DNA of 63,375 bases, filler included, from Octopus bimaculoides (Eukaryota): the NCBI RefSeq assembly GCF_001194135.2. It is 5 parts of 5 records of this genome, joined end to end, with 100 filler letters (N's around TTAATTAATTAA, not from the genome) between each part and the next. Parts side by side here need not be neighbours in the genome. Positions count along the whole stretch, not along the records: positions 1 to 19,003 come from NC_068981.1; positions 19,104 to 27,145 come from NC_068991.1; 3 more parts are not named here. The stretch is one strand, 5' to 3'. This document shows, one piece after another, positions 12,549-24,110 of this stretch. Made by a program: the position numbers and the translations under genes. Below the pieces are notes generated by a model. That model was not told where the DNA came from and did no database searches. It worked only from the letters and a program-made list of their open reading frames with translations. Every line of letters starts with the position of its first letter. Position 1 is the stretch's first letter.

Positions 12549-12853
12549 GGGATATGTGACACAGCTTAAATACCAATCTTGAGAAATTAAGCTACTCAGA
12601 ATCAGAAAGGAGAAAGCTAATTCGAAAACTACAGATCCATTTCATCACTGAAACTGTAAAAACCTGTAAAACTTTCCAAAAGTTTATAATTCAAATATAT
12701 ATGAGCATTTCTAGATATGCAACTATATGCATGAGAATACATACATAAAGCAAAACATAAAAATCTGCACACATACATACATACATACATACATACATAC
12801 ATACATACATACATACACACATACAAACAAAAATACCCTGTTGTTGATGTTGA
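12549..12853 (+). mobile_element. RLE-type LINE family B, 3' end (copy 1)
   Basis: NLEKLSYSESERRKLIRKLQIHFITETVKTCKTFQKFI, then a 3'UTR with internal (CATA)n. Homologous to 40858-41234; starts after (CATA)n. Confidence 0.6.
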
Positions 12854-14715
12854 ANNNNNNNNNNNNNNNNNNNNNNNNNNNNNNNNNNNNNNNNNNNNNN
12901 NNNNNNNNNNNNNNNNNNNNNNNNNNNNNNNNNNNNNNNNNNNNNNNNNNNNNNNNNNNNNNNNNNNNNNNNNNNNNNNNNNNNNNNNNNNNNNNNNNNN
13001 NNNNNNNNNNNNNNNNNNNNNNNNNNNNNNNNNNNNNNNNNNNNNNNNNNNNNNNNNNNNNNNNNNNNNNNNNNNNNNNNNNNNNNNNNNNNNNNNNNNN
13101 NNNNNNNNNNNNNNNNNNNNNNNNNNNNNNNNNNNNNNNNNNNNNNNNNNNNNNNNNNNNNNNNNNNNNNNNNNNNNNNNNNNNNNNNNNNNNNNNNNNN
13201 NNNNNNNNNNNNNNNNNNNNNNNNNNNNNNNNNNNNNNNNNNNNNNNNNNNNNNNNNNNNNNNNNNNNNNNNNNNNNNNNNNNNNNNNNNNNNNNNNNNN
13301 NNNNNNNNNNNNNNNNNNNNNNNNNNNNNNNNNNNNNNNNNNNNNNNNNNNNNNNNNNNNNNNNNNNNNNNNNNNNNNNNNNNNNNNNNNNNNNNNNNNN
13401 NNNNNNNNNNNNNNNNNNNNNNNNNNNNNNNNNNTTATAAAACAAACATTCAAGGCTCCTTTAAGGGAGCGTGTATGTATGTATGTATGTATGTATGTAT
13501 GGATGGATGGATGTATGTATGTGTGTGTATGTGTGTGTGCATATATGTATATATATGTATGTATGCATGTATATATGTGTGTGTATGTGTGTATATATGC
13601 ATGTATGTATGGAGAAATATATATGTAGTTACGTAGCAAAAAAATTAACGTCATAATAAACGTCATAATAAACAATACAGGGTAAGCGAAAGAGCAGATA
13701 AAAAGGCACCTAAATCTTCATTTTATGATATCATCTATAAAAAGTACATATTAGATTAGTCTAGTCCGGATAAAAAGGGCCGAATGAAAGACGGATTGTC
13801 TTGGCTGGAATGCATTTTATTGCTTGATCAAGTATGACCCAGGGCTGTACAGCAACACTAGGAACAGTATTAATAACTATTCTTTCTATTATAGGAACAA
13901 ACATAGTAACAAAATAATTTTCGTCTATATTTATTAGAGGAATTGAACTCACGCCACAACCAACGACCTTCGTCAGTTTTGTAGGACTACATTTAATTTT
14001 TCCACACTCTATCAACCCTTCTATAAGGAACTCGCTTCCATTTTATAGTTATTTCGGAATCAATTTCCAAAATTAAGTGCTTTAAGGAGAATTGAAAAAA
14101 AAAACAAAAACAAAAAAAGAAAAACCAAAAAAAAACCCAGCAGGTTGGAGAGATTAATTGATTATAATGAAAAATAAAAATAAAAGAATGTCATGTTCCC
14201 TGTACAGAGCTACATATATGTTTACGTTTTCTTTTTAATTTGAGCGACAAAACTGATTCGAAAATAAATTTTGGCATTAAAACCCCTTAGACCAATTATT
14301 AGCATTTAAAAAAAAAATCTATAAAAAATTTAATAAATACGAGTCCTGAAAACGTAGCTATTTTAATAAATTTAATAGTGGAATAGAAACGATTTTGAAT
14401 AGTGTCTCTCTTGATTAATGAGTGGAGGAAGAGATATAGATAGATAACCAGATAGATAGATAAATAGATAGACAAATAGATGGAGAGAGAGAGGGGGAGA
14501 GAGAGAAATAGAGAGATAGAGAGACAGAAGGAATGATATATATATATGTGTATATATATAAATATANNNNNNNNNNNNNNNNNNNNNNNNNNNNNNNNNN
14601 NNNNNNNNNNNNNNNNNNNNNNNNNNNNNNNNNNNNNNNNNNNNNNNNNNNNNNNNNNNNNNNNNNNNNNNNNNNNNNNNNNNNNNNNNNNNNNNNNNNN
14701 NNNNNNNNNNNNNNN

Positions 14716-14757
<42 letters not shown>

Positions 14758-14760
14758 TAC

Positions 14761-14791
<31 letters not shown>

Positions 14792-15101
14792 CATACATAC
14801 AGAGGGAAATAGTGGAGAAAGTATAACATAAAGTAGATTGAGAAAGCTAGTTCGAAAGAAAAAATGGAATCTTTCTTATCTGGAAATTGAATGAGTAACG
14901 TAACGAAATTGCTATAGTAATTAACTTTAGAAACCATCCAGTTTATGAGCTGCTCGACTCTAGAGTAAGACATACAATAGTGTGAAATAAATTCTGTTCC
15001 CAATCACATTCACTTGAAGTGATTGTAATTAATGTGTTGGCTTATTCTTGAGAGCTAGGCATAACACATCTTCGAGTTTAATATCATCAATGATATCTGA
15101 G

Positions 15102-15296
15102 TTATCTTTTACAAGCATTGGGATCAGAGTTCCAGTTCCCATTACGTCCACATCTTGCTTGCTGATGTTCAATGTAGTTTTCAGTATCCGTCCTATAACT
15201 CTGGGTAAGTTGCGAAGTTTAAGGGCGATCATCCCACTATTTAGACTAACTTACAACCGAGTCAACGAGGAAGCCTCTTTACAGTCACTTGGCATT
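15102..15296 (-). CDS. Possible two-exon remnant encoding a Sushi/CCP-like C-terminal half (15296-15255 + 15192-15102)
   Basis: ctAG/gtaagt and ttatAG splice signals with a 62-nt intron give MPSDCKEASSLTRLTDTENYIEHQQARCGRNGNWNSDPNACKR*. C-x2-NG-x-W-x3-P-x2-C resembles the end of a Sushi domain. No other exons found. Confidence 0.25.
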
Positions 15297-15555
15297 CTAG
15301 AAATATCAACTACTTTATTTTATATCACACTCCGTCTTAAAAAGGGAAAGGTACATTGGGCAATCTAGTTCTTGATATACAAAATGATAGAATGATTAAG
15401 CTAGAGTGCTTTTGATCATAGTTCATTTTGTTCCGAACTGATTTGAGACTAAACATCAAAAGCAGTAATTAATTTATATAGAGAAATATCTTTGAATAAA
15501 ATATGCTTGTCTGGAGTAATTCAAGTAACAACAACAACAACAACAACAGCAACAC

Positions 15556-15634
<79 letters not shown>

Positions 15635-15635
15635 A

Positions 15636-15809
15636 GTAGGAGTGACTGTGTGGGAAGTAGTTTGCTTATCAACCACATGGTTTCGGGTTTATTCCCACTG
15701 CGTGGCACCTTTGGCATGTGTCTTATACTATAGCATCGGGCCGACCAAAGTCTTGTGAGTGGATATGGTAGACGGAAACTGAATGAAGCCTATCGTATCT
15801 ATGTATATA
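15636..15809 (+). mobile_element. SINE family 3, 5' half (cut by gap)
   Basis: gtaggagtgactgtgtgggaag...ggtagacggaaactga. Confidence 0.85.
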
Positions 15810-16593
15810 NNNNNNNNNNNNNNNNNNNNNNNNNNNNNNNNNNNNNNNNNNNNNNNNNNNNNNNNNNNNNNNNNNNNNNNNNNNNNNNNNNNNNNNNNNN
15901 NNNNNNNNNNNNNNNNNNNNNNNNNNNNNNNNNNNNNNNNNNNNNNNNNNNNNNNNNNNNNNNNNNNNNNNNNNNNNNNNNNNNNNNNNNNNNNNNNNNN
16001 NNNNNNNNNNNNNNNNNNNNNNNNNNNNNNNNNNNNNNNNNNNNNNNNNNNNNNNNNNNNNNNNNNNNNNNNNNNNNNNNNNNNNNNNNNNNNNNNNNNN
16101 NNNNNNNNNNNNNNNNNNNNNNNNNNNNNNNNNNNNNNNNNNNNNNNNNNNNNNNNNNNNNNNNNNNNNNNNNNNNNNNNNNNNNNNNNNNNNNNNNNNN
16201 NNNNNNNNNNNNNNNNNNNNNNNNNNNNNNNNNNNNNNNNNNNNNNNNNNNNNNNNNNNNNNNNNNNNNNNNNNNNNNNNNNNNNNNNNNNNNNNNNNNN
16301 NNNNNNNNNNNNNNNNNNNNNNNNNNNNNNNNNNNNNNNNNNNNNNNNNNNNNNNNNNNNNNNNNNNNNNNNNNNNNNNNNNNNNNNNNNNNNNNNNNNN
16401 NNNNNNNNNNNNNNNNNNNNNNNNNNNNNNNNNNNNNNNNNNNNNNNNNNNNNNNNNNNNNNNNNNNNNNNNNNNNNNNNNNNNNNNNNNNNNCCTCTTT
16501 CGCCACGGCCACCAGGCAAAGGAAAACTACCTTGCCTGCCCAACTGAAAGAGAGATGGATACATCGTACACCTGACAGAAGCTGTCCGACAAT

Positions 16594-16664
<71 letters not shown>

Positions 16665-16699
16665 CAACCACAATAATAATAGTAATAATAATAACATAA

Positions 16700-18650
16700 A
16701 ATATATAAGTGGAACAAGACAGTAAGTACACAAATTGATCAATTACGCATACACTCGAATGTTTACACAATCATATATACATTTTAATACCCACAGGACT
16801 ACACATACATTCCAAAGTTTACACAACTACGTGAAATTTACAGGACATACATACACGTATATGAAAGCACGTGCCACAAACGAAGCAAAAAAAAAAAAAA
16901 AATTCTTATTTTTCTAACACAGAGAGTGTGAACATTTCATAAGTTTAAAAGCATCACAAAAACTATGCTCGGAGATAAATCTATTTTTCAAAAAAGAAAT
17001 ACAGACGAATATAGATTTGTTAGCCTTAAGAAGCTACGTTACGGGCAATGTTTTCATTCAGAGAACTCGGAGGCGGTGTTGTCTCAAACATTTTAAATCC
17101 TTAACTCTGACAGGACTATCAAACCAACAAAAATCCGAAAATTAAGGAAAAATATAGAGAGGCATGAACTGCTAACAAAACTTTACAACAATGTTTTGCA
17201 ACAACCTAGTATGATTCCCTCTTGGCTAGTTAATGGTGTAACATTCCTACTTCCAAAAAATGAAGCAACAAATGAACCAAAAGATTATAGATCCATTACC
17301 TGTTTAACAACAATGTATAAAATACTAACATCTGTCTTGACTGAATATACCTAGTTTTATTTAATAAAAAGTGACATATTCCCTAATGAGCAAAATGGAT
17401 ATAAACGTGGGTCCTATGGTTGTAAAAATCAGCTATTCATCAAGATGATTTAGGAAGATTGTCACAAATGACACAAAAACTTGTCGAAAGCCTGGGTAGA
17501 CTATAAAAATGCTTTTGAATCTACTACATAGTTGGATTAAGAAATGTCTGTAAATGTATAAAATAGCGCCCACTCTGCGAAACTTCTTGTCTCTAAGTAT
17601 GAGATCATGGAGAACCACACTGACTTTGAACAATGACAATGAATCTCTCAATGCTGGAGATGTAAGAATTCATTTGGCACTTTCCAGGGTGACTCTATCA
17701 ACACGCCTCTTTTGTCTAGCTTTAATACCTCTCTCGAAATTGCTCGATGATGTACAATATGGCTATAAAATATTTGATAAGAATATAAATCATCTCTTTT
17801 ACATGGATAATTTAAAGCTCTTTGCAAAAAATGACCAACAACTACAGGGCTTACTAGCAATTGTTAAACAATTCAGTGATGTCACCAGAATGCAATTTGG
17901 CCTCGATAAATGTGCAAAAGCCACCTTTAGCAAAGGAAAAATGACAGAAAAAGCCAACATTAATCTTGACCGGCAGAATGTCATAAAGGAGTTAGAACTG
18001 GTGGAAGTTACAAGTACCTAGGGGTATTTTAAGGGGACGGAATCAAACAGTCAGTGATGAGGGAAAGGATCAGAAGAGAATGTTATCGCAGGGTAAGGGC
18101 AATATTCAAGACAGAGCTGAATGCAAGAGACAGGATTGAAACGATCAACACTTTAGCCATACCGGTCATTATCAGTTCAATTACTGAAATATGTAATCTT
18201 GTCAGAAAAATACGAAAATTATTGACAATGCATAGAATGCACCACCCTAAGGCAGATAAAAGAACGACTTCACCTGCCAAGAAAAGAGGGTGGCGTGGAT
18301 TTTTACAACTGGAACTAACAATGAAGATTGCCACAATTGGCCTCAACGCCTACATGAAAAACTCTGATAATTGGATGTAAAACTTGTTTTAAAGCATGAA
18401 AACAAGAAAGCATCTTACTTAGTAACAAAATAGGCAAAGGAATATCTAAGGGAATTCCAAATACAACAAATCTCAGAATTAGACGTGTTGGAAAGAAGCA
18501 CAGAAAAAGCTAAGCGTATGAAACCCGTGATAAGACCGCTGCCTTAGATATTCTAACTGATATATTGCAAGAAAAACCTCTCAATGGCAAATCCTCAAAG
18601 AGAGCTAATTATGCTGATGTTGACAAAGCCCTTACCCATCAATGGTTTGT
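16700..18650 (+). mobile_element. R4/Dong-clade non-LTR retrotransposon, RT region, decayed
   Basis: GVTFLLPK, DYRSITCLTTMYKILT, EQNGYKRGSYGCKNQL, AWVDYKNAF, LFYMDNLKLFAK, FGLDKCA, YKYLG, LLTMHRMHHPKAD. Flanked by (AAT)n tracts. Confidence 0.9.
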
Positions 18651-18654
18651 AATG

Positions 18655-18712
<58 letters not shown>

Positions 18713-18713
<1 letters not shown>

Positions 18714-18926
18714 TCTTTCTATTATAGGCACAAAGCCTTAAATTTTTGTGGGGAGGGGACCAGTGAATTAGATTGACTCCAGTACGAAATTGGTACTTAA
18801 TTCATCGACCACGAAGGATGAATGGTAAAGTCGACCTCAGCGGAATTTAAACTCAGAACGTAGCAACGAGCGAAATACCGCTAAGCATTTTGCCCGGCGT
18901 GCTAACGATTCTGCCAGCACACGGCC

Positions 18927-18929
<3 letters not shown>
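18713..18929 (-). mobile_element. SINE family 2 within (AAT)n
   Basis: Full-length reverse complement, (AAT)n on both sides. Confidence 0.88.
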
Positions 18930-19003
<74 letters not shown>

Positions 19004-19103
19004 NNNNNNNNNNNNNNNNNNNNNNNNNNNNNNNNNNNNNNNNNNNNTTAATTAATTAANNNNNNNNNNNNNNNNNNNNNNNNNNNNNNNNNNNNNNNNN
19101 NNN
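19004..19103. other. Artificial scaffold spacer (44 N + TTAATTAATTAA + 44 N)
   Basis: Exactly 100 bp; the palindromic 12-mer has stops in all six frames; repeated identically four times. Confidence 0.93.
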
Positions 19104-19314
19104 AACACAAAATGTACAGAATTTTTTCTGTGCAATATACTCTGCCTATGTAGGATAAAGGGAAATAGTGAGTAATGTGCGTGTGCATGTCTGTTTGTGT
19201 GTACAAGCGCATAAATATGCATGAGTGTGCATGTGTGTGTGTGTGTGTGTGTGTGTGTCAGCGTGTGCGTCGGTGTGTGTATGTGTCTGTCTGCCTGTGT
19301 GCCTATGTGTACAG

Positions 19315-20186
19315 GATAAAAGGAAAAGAAAACAACATTCCATTCAAGGATGAAAGTATTTTTAAAAGATAAAAATAACAGCAACTATTCTATGGCTGGC
19401 AGGTAACTGTTTACTCAAAGTAGCCTCCCTCAGCTTCCACCACGGCTCGAAGACGGTTTCAGAACCTGTTGCATGCGTTCCTCACTGTGTTGCTGGGAAG
19501 ATATTCGAACACCACTTTGATCTTGGCCATCAGCTCGACCTTGGTGTTGCAAACAGAGCAGTTCGTCTCTTTTTCTACCGTACTCTACACATAGGAATCC
19601 ATGGGGTTACAATTGGAGGAATTAAGAGACTACACGTTGGGCTGGTGAAATCGAAGAAATCCTCCGAGAACCATTTTTGATGGTTTCTGGAGGTATGACA
19701 AGGAGCGGAATCCTACTACCACATATATGGCCCTCCAGCAGCAATCCTATCCATCCAGAGTTTGATGACAGTCTCTAGCAGCTTCACGTATTCACCTGAA
19801 CTGAGCCTAAGAAACTGTTCAAAGGTGTGGGGATGAATTTCGGTTTCTGGACTCAGTCAGGAAGCCTACTGTGTCCCATTCTGTTTGTCACACCTTCGTG
19901 CTCTCCGCTGCAACTGTCAGTGTCACATCGTACAGCCTTTACAATATTCACACATCATTGAGCAACAGTCATGATGTCAGCATTTTGATATCCAGCGTGA
20001 ATTATCATGATAATTCACTTTCAATGTTCAGAGGGCTACTAGTCCACCATGTCAGCAGACTTTTTTTCAACTACAACTTTAACTATTATGCTCTCCAACG
20101 CCGTTGACTGATCGCCAATACGTTATGTTGTTTCTGAAAAAAAAGGAAGAATAAAAAATCGTCAAATATATCTCGAACACCAGTGT
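19315..20186 (-). mobile_element. maT/mori-family (DD37D) Tc1-mariner relic, copy 1
   Basis: Minus peptide DSAPCHTS...NCNPMDSYV...RLRAVVEAEGGYFE*. TIR-like end at ~20160-20186 shared with copy 2. Confidence 0.8.
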
Positions 20187-20566
20187 GTGTGTGTGTGTGT
20201 GTGTGTGTGTAACTGATTCAGGAACACATCGAAATATCTAGATAGAAAAGCAATCATTGAAAATATTTTGGCGTCACGTCACCCAACAAGATCTGCCCGT
20301 GTCCGTGTGGAACCAGCGGTTTTTAAAGCCAACAGTTACGCCGGCCTGATGTCATCTCCCACTCAGTTCAAAGGAACTCTAATGTGGGAAACATCCCATT
20401 TCCTCTAGCTTTAGTAACTATTTCCTTTCACATAAAATTCAGGAAATCTCATAAAAAAACCGTAATTTTGAAACATTATTTTATTCACAACGTCAATGCT
20501 GATAAATCTTAATTAAATGTATATCTATCATAATATACTTTAAAAATCAATATTAGCTAATGGAAT

Positions 20567-20760
20567 AAGGCGGCGAGCTGGCAGAAACGTTAGTACGCCG
20601 GACAAAATGCTTAGCGGCATTTTGTTCGTCTTTAAGGTCTATGTTGATCTTGCCTCACATCCTTTTCGGATCGATAAAATAAGTACCAGTTTCAGCACAT
20701 GTAATCGACTTAGCCCTCTCCTGAAATTTCTGGCCTTGTGCCAAAATTTGAAACCAATAT
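20567..20760 (+). mobile_element. SINE family 2 (internal deletion)
   Basis: Head aaggcggcgagctggcagaaacgttag, tail ggccttgtgccaaaatttgaaacc. Confidence 0.85.
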
Positions 20761-21204
20761 TAACTAATGAAACAGAAGCTAATCAGGAAGTACGACCATT
20801 GGATCGTAATATAGTCTTCTACTCTACTTTTAACAGTCATGGCTAGTGAAGTCATGGCTATGGAAGTACTCAACTTCATATGTGGCAACTGTCAAGCCAA
20901 AGAAAGACTTTTCACTTTCATAGTACAAGTACCAGAAACAGCTTAACACTTTGAGCTGTCACAGGGCTGAACTCTATCCTCACTATCATTTATTAGAATA
21001 ATCAATATGGATGTACAAATGTTTGTGCCACAATGTAATCGTGGCCTTTTTGCCATTATAAGATGCATTATTGTGTGCAACGCTGACAAAGTATTACACT
21101 ACAAATACCCTGCTAAATGATCGCCAGAATGCGGCTGTAGGATATATATATTTTTACCATTGTATATTTCACTGCATGTTGTATCTTTTTATCTTTATCT
21201 TTTA

Positions 21205-21660
21205 TCTTTTACTGGTTTCAGTCATTGGACGGTAACCATACTAGTTTTTAAGTCTGTTTCTTATACTATTGGTCCCGTTTTGTCGAACAAAAATGAGAAC
21301 ACAAATAAACTAACACTGCTTTCAAGCGGTAGAAGAGGGCACAAACACATAGACACTCACATACATACATACATACATACATACATACATACATACATAC
21401 ATACATACATACATACGTACGTACGTACGTACATACATACATACATACATACATGCATACACACACACACACACACACACCACACGCACATACACGATTG
21501 GCTTTTTTCTGTTTCTGTTTACCATATTCACTCACCAGGCTTTGGTCGACCCGGGGCTGTAGTAGAAAATACTTGCACAATGAGACTGAATGCACAGTGA
21601 GACTGAACCCAAGACCACATGGTTGCGAAGCAAGCTTCTCACACACAGAGGTCCGCCTTC
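21205..21660 (-). mobile_element. SINE family 3, diverged, expanded internal (CATA)n
   Basis: cagtcattggac...; ggctttggtcgacccggggctgtagtagaa. Confidence 0.75.
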
Positions 21661-22462
21661 TCCTATACGTGTTTTTATTTTGCAGCTCGTCCTGCTAAAT
21701 CATTTTCGTTCTGCCTGTAAAAATATACTGATAAATATATAGTATTGAATCCAATGCAGAAATTTTAGTTTTTCAGTGACAGGGTAAGTGTCAAAACAGT
21801 TAATGTTATTCCATCGCGGTATATCATAACCCTCATGCAATAATAGTCGTCTGATGAGTTTGGGTGTTCGGCACTATATCGTGATATACTGCTTCGTGGT
21901 TCATATAAACCGAGGAATATATAAACACCCTCATAAAAACTACCACATATAAAGGCGCACATAATCACATAAGCACACTTATATGTAAACATGAATGTAT
22001 ATATGTATGTATATATGTATGCATGTATGTATGTATAAGTGTATGAATCCATCTATTTATCTATTTACCTATACACATACAATTGTTTCATCAAATTTCA
22101 GGTAATCAATCTTCTATACCATGCAGTAATATATGCAACTATTGATTTTTGAGGATTCATAAAAATGACATACCTAATCAGACTCATCAGAATTACGAAT
22201 TAAATTCCTTTACAAGTATGTATGTATGTGCGTGTGTGTATGTATGTATGTATGTATGTATGTATGTATGTGCGTGTGTGTATGTATGTATGTATGTATG
22301 TATGATTGTATGTATGTATGTATGTATGTATGTATGTATGTATGTATGAATGAATGAATGTGTGTATGTGTATATGTATATATGTATGTATGCATGTATG
22401 TGTGTGTATATCCATATATACACACATACTTATTATCGCATATTAAATATGTCTGTTTATAA

Positions 22463-22494
<32 letters not shown>

Positions 22495-23516
22495 ATAATT
22501 ATTTATTCTTACATATTACATATGCATACACTCAGAGGCACACCCATGCACATACTCAGACACACACACACTAACAAACGCACACATACACACATGGTGC
22601 TTATTACCTAGAAATGACATTAAAAAACAAAATTAATGTCAGCACAGAATTGTATATTCGCGCAGAATTGAAACAATATTTTCTAAAATGGTTTTAAGAC
22701 AATATCTGAAATTTACGCGGTGCTTAAACCATAAAAGTATGTCTTTTGTCTCTTCACTTAAAAATACACAAGAAACAGAATTCATTCTTAGAATAATGCA
22801 GTTCCACAAAACATCGAAGGTTTATTGTCTCTATCTATTCTAAACAATACTTAATAATCTTGCTTTGCTGTCGTTAGATGAGTGTCTATTTTATGATGTG
22901 GATATGTAATACATTTATTATTATATATATATATATATATATATATAATTCTTCNNNNNNNNNNNNNNNNNNNNNNNNNNNNNNNNNNNNNNNNNNNNNN
23001 NNNNNNNNNNNNNNNNNNNNNNNNNNNNNNNNNNNNNNNNNNNNNNNNNNNNNNNNNNNNNNNNNNNNNNNNNNNNNNNNNNNNNNNNNNNNNNNNNNNN
23101 NNNNNNNNNNNNNNNNNNNNNNNNNNNNNNNNNNNNNNNNNNNNNNNNNNNNNNNNNNNNNNNNNNNNNNNNNNNNNNNATATTATGCAGATAGTGTTGA
23201 AATCCAAGTTGCGTTCTCCCGAAGCACATTTGTTCATTCCAGCATTCTAAGTCTGTGTGTAGATATTATATTTGTGTGTAGTGTGCATAAGAGTTGAAAA
23301 TACTGGACAATATTTTTCTGCAATTTTATATCAAAATAGGAGATTCGAAAAAAAAAATTTCGTATTATTTATTCACTACTACACATGTTCATTTGTTAAT
23401 AGCAGTTACAAAACTGTGCATGTGCTAGAAAAACATGCAAGATATCTACTATTAGAAATTCTTCAGACAGAGAGTCACACATACACATACACACATACAC
23501 ACAGCACCAAACATAT

Positions 23517-23571
<55 letters not shown>

Positions 23572-23620
23572 NNNNNNNNNNGTATATATATATATATATA
23601 TATACATAATGAGAGGGGGA

Positions 23621-23657
<37 letters not shown>

Positions 23658-23714
23658 TCAACAAATGAGATCCACAGTTTCTCAATATAGAAAACACTTA
23701 CAGCGCACAAATAA

Positions 23715-24110
23715 TTTGAACTTACTCTCCGAAACCTTTACCGAGGACCAATTTTGTGGAGTAAAGCATGACTATAAGAGGAATGTGTTGGCAGGTGTTG
23801 GCAGATGTGTGGGGAATTCGAGGAATGAAAGTGGGTTGGTGGCAGAGGGGGAGTACTAAGGTATGCAGAAATGAATGAGAGTAAATAGAGTGAGGTGGGC
23901 ATAGAAAGAATAAGGGAGGGATAGGTTTGCAGTAGTAGGCAGTGCCAGGTGTTTTTGGTTGGGGAAGAGGTAGGAGAAAACAGGGAAAGAATTGAAAATG
24001 TGAGGATGAAGTAGCTGTAAGGGAAGATGTGCTAGGTAATAGGAATGTGCAAAGGTAATGGTAAGAAGGATAATTTAGTGGAAATGGTAGTATTAAATAA
24101 GTCGTGAACT
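23715..24110 (-). mobile_element. Old Jockey/CR1-like LINE endonuclease-region fragment
   Basis: Minus peptide LCHQPTFIPRIPHTSANT resembles the PT..P....ANTLDL motif of apurinic-type endonucleases. Confidence 0.45.

Noticed and set aside
13761-14021. 84-aa minus ORF (IECGKIKCSPTK...) with splice-like signals
   Set aside because: No recognisable domain, and phases do not join to the 15.1-kb candidate exons.
22150-22195. CTGATGA motifs at ~22190 (minus), ~21851, ~25193 and ~32040 as hammerheads
   Set aside because: No correctly placed GAAA, stem III or UH triplet.
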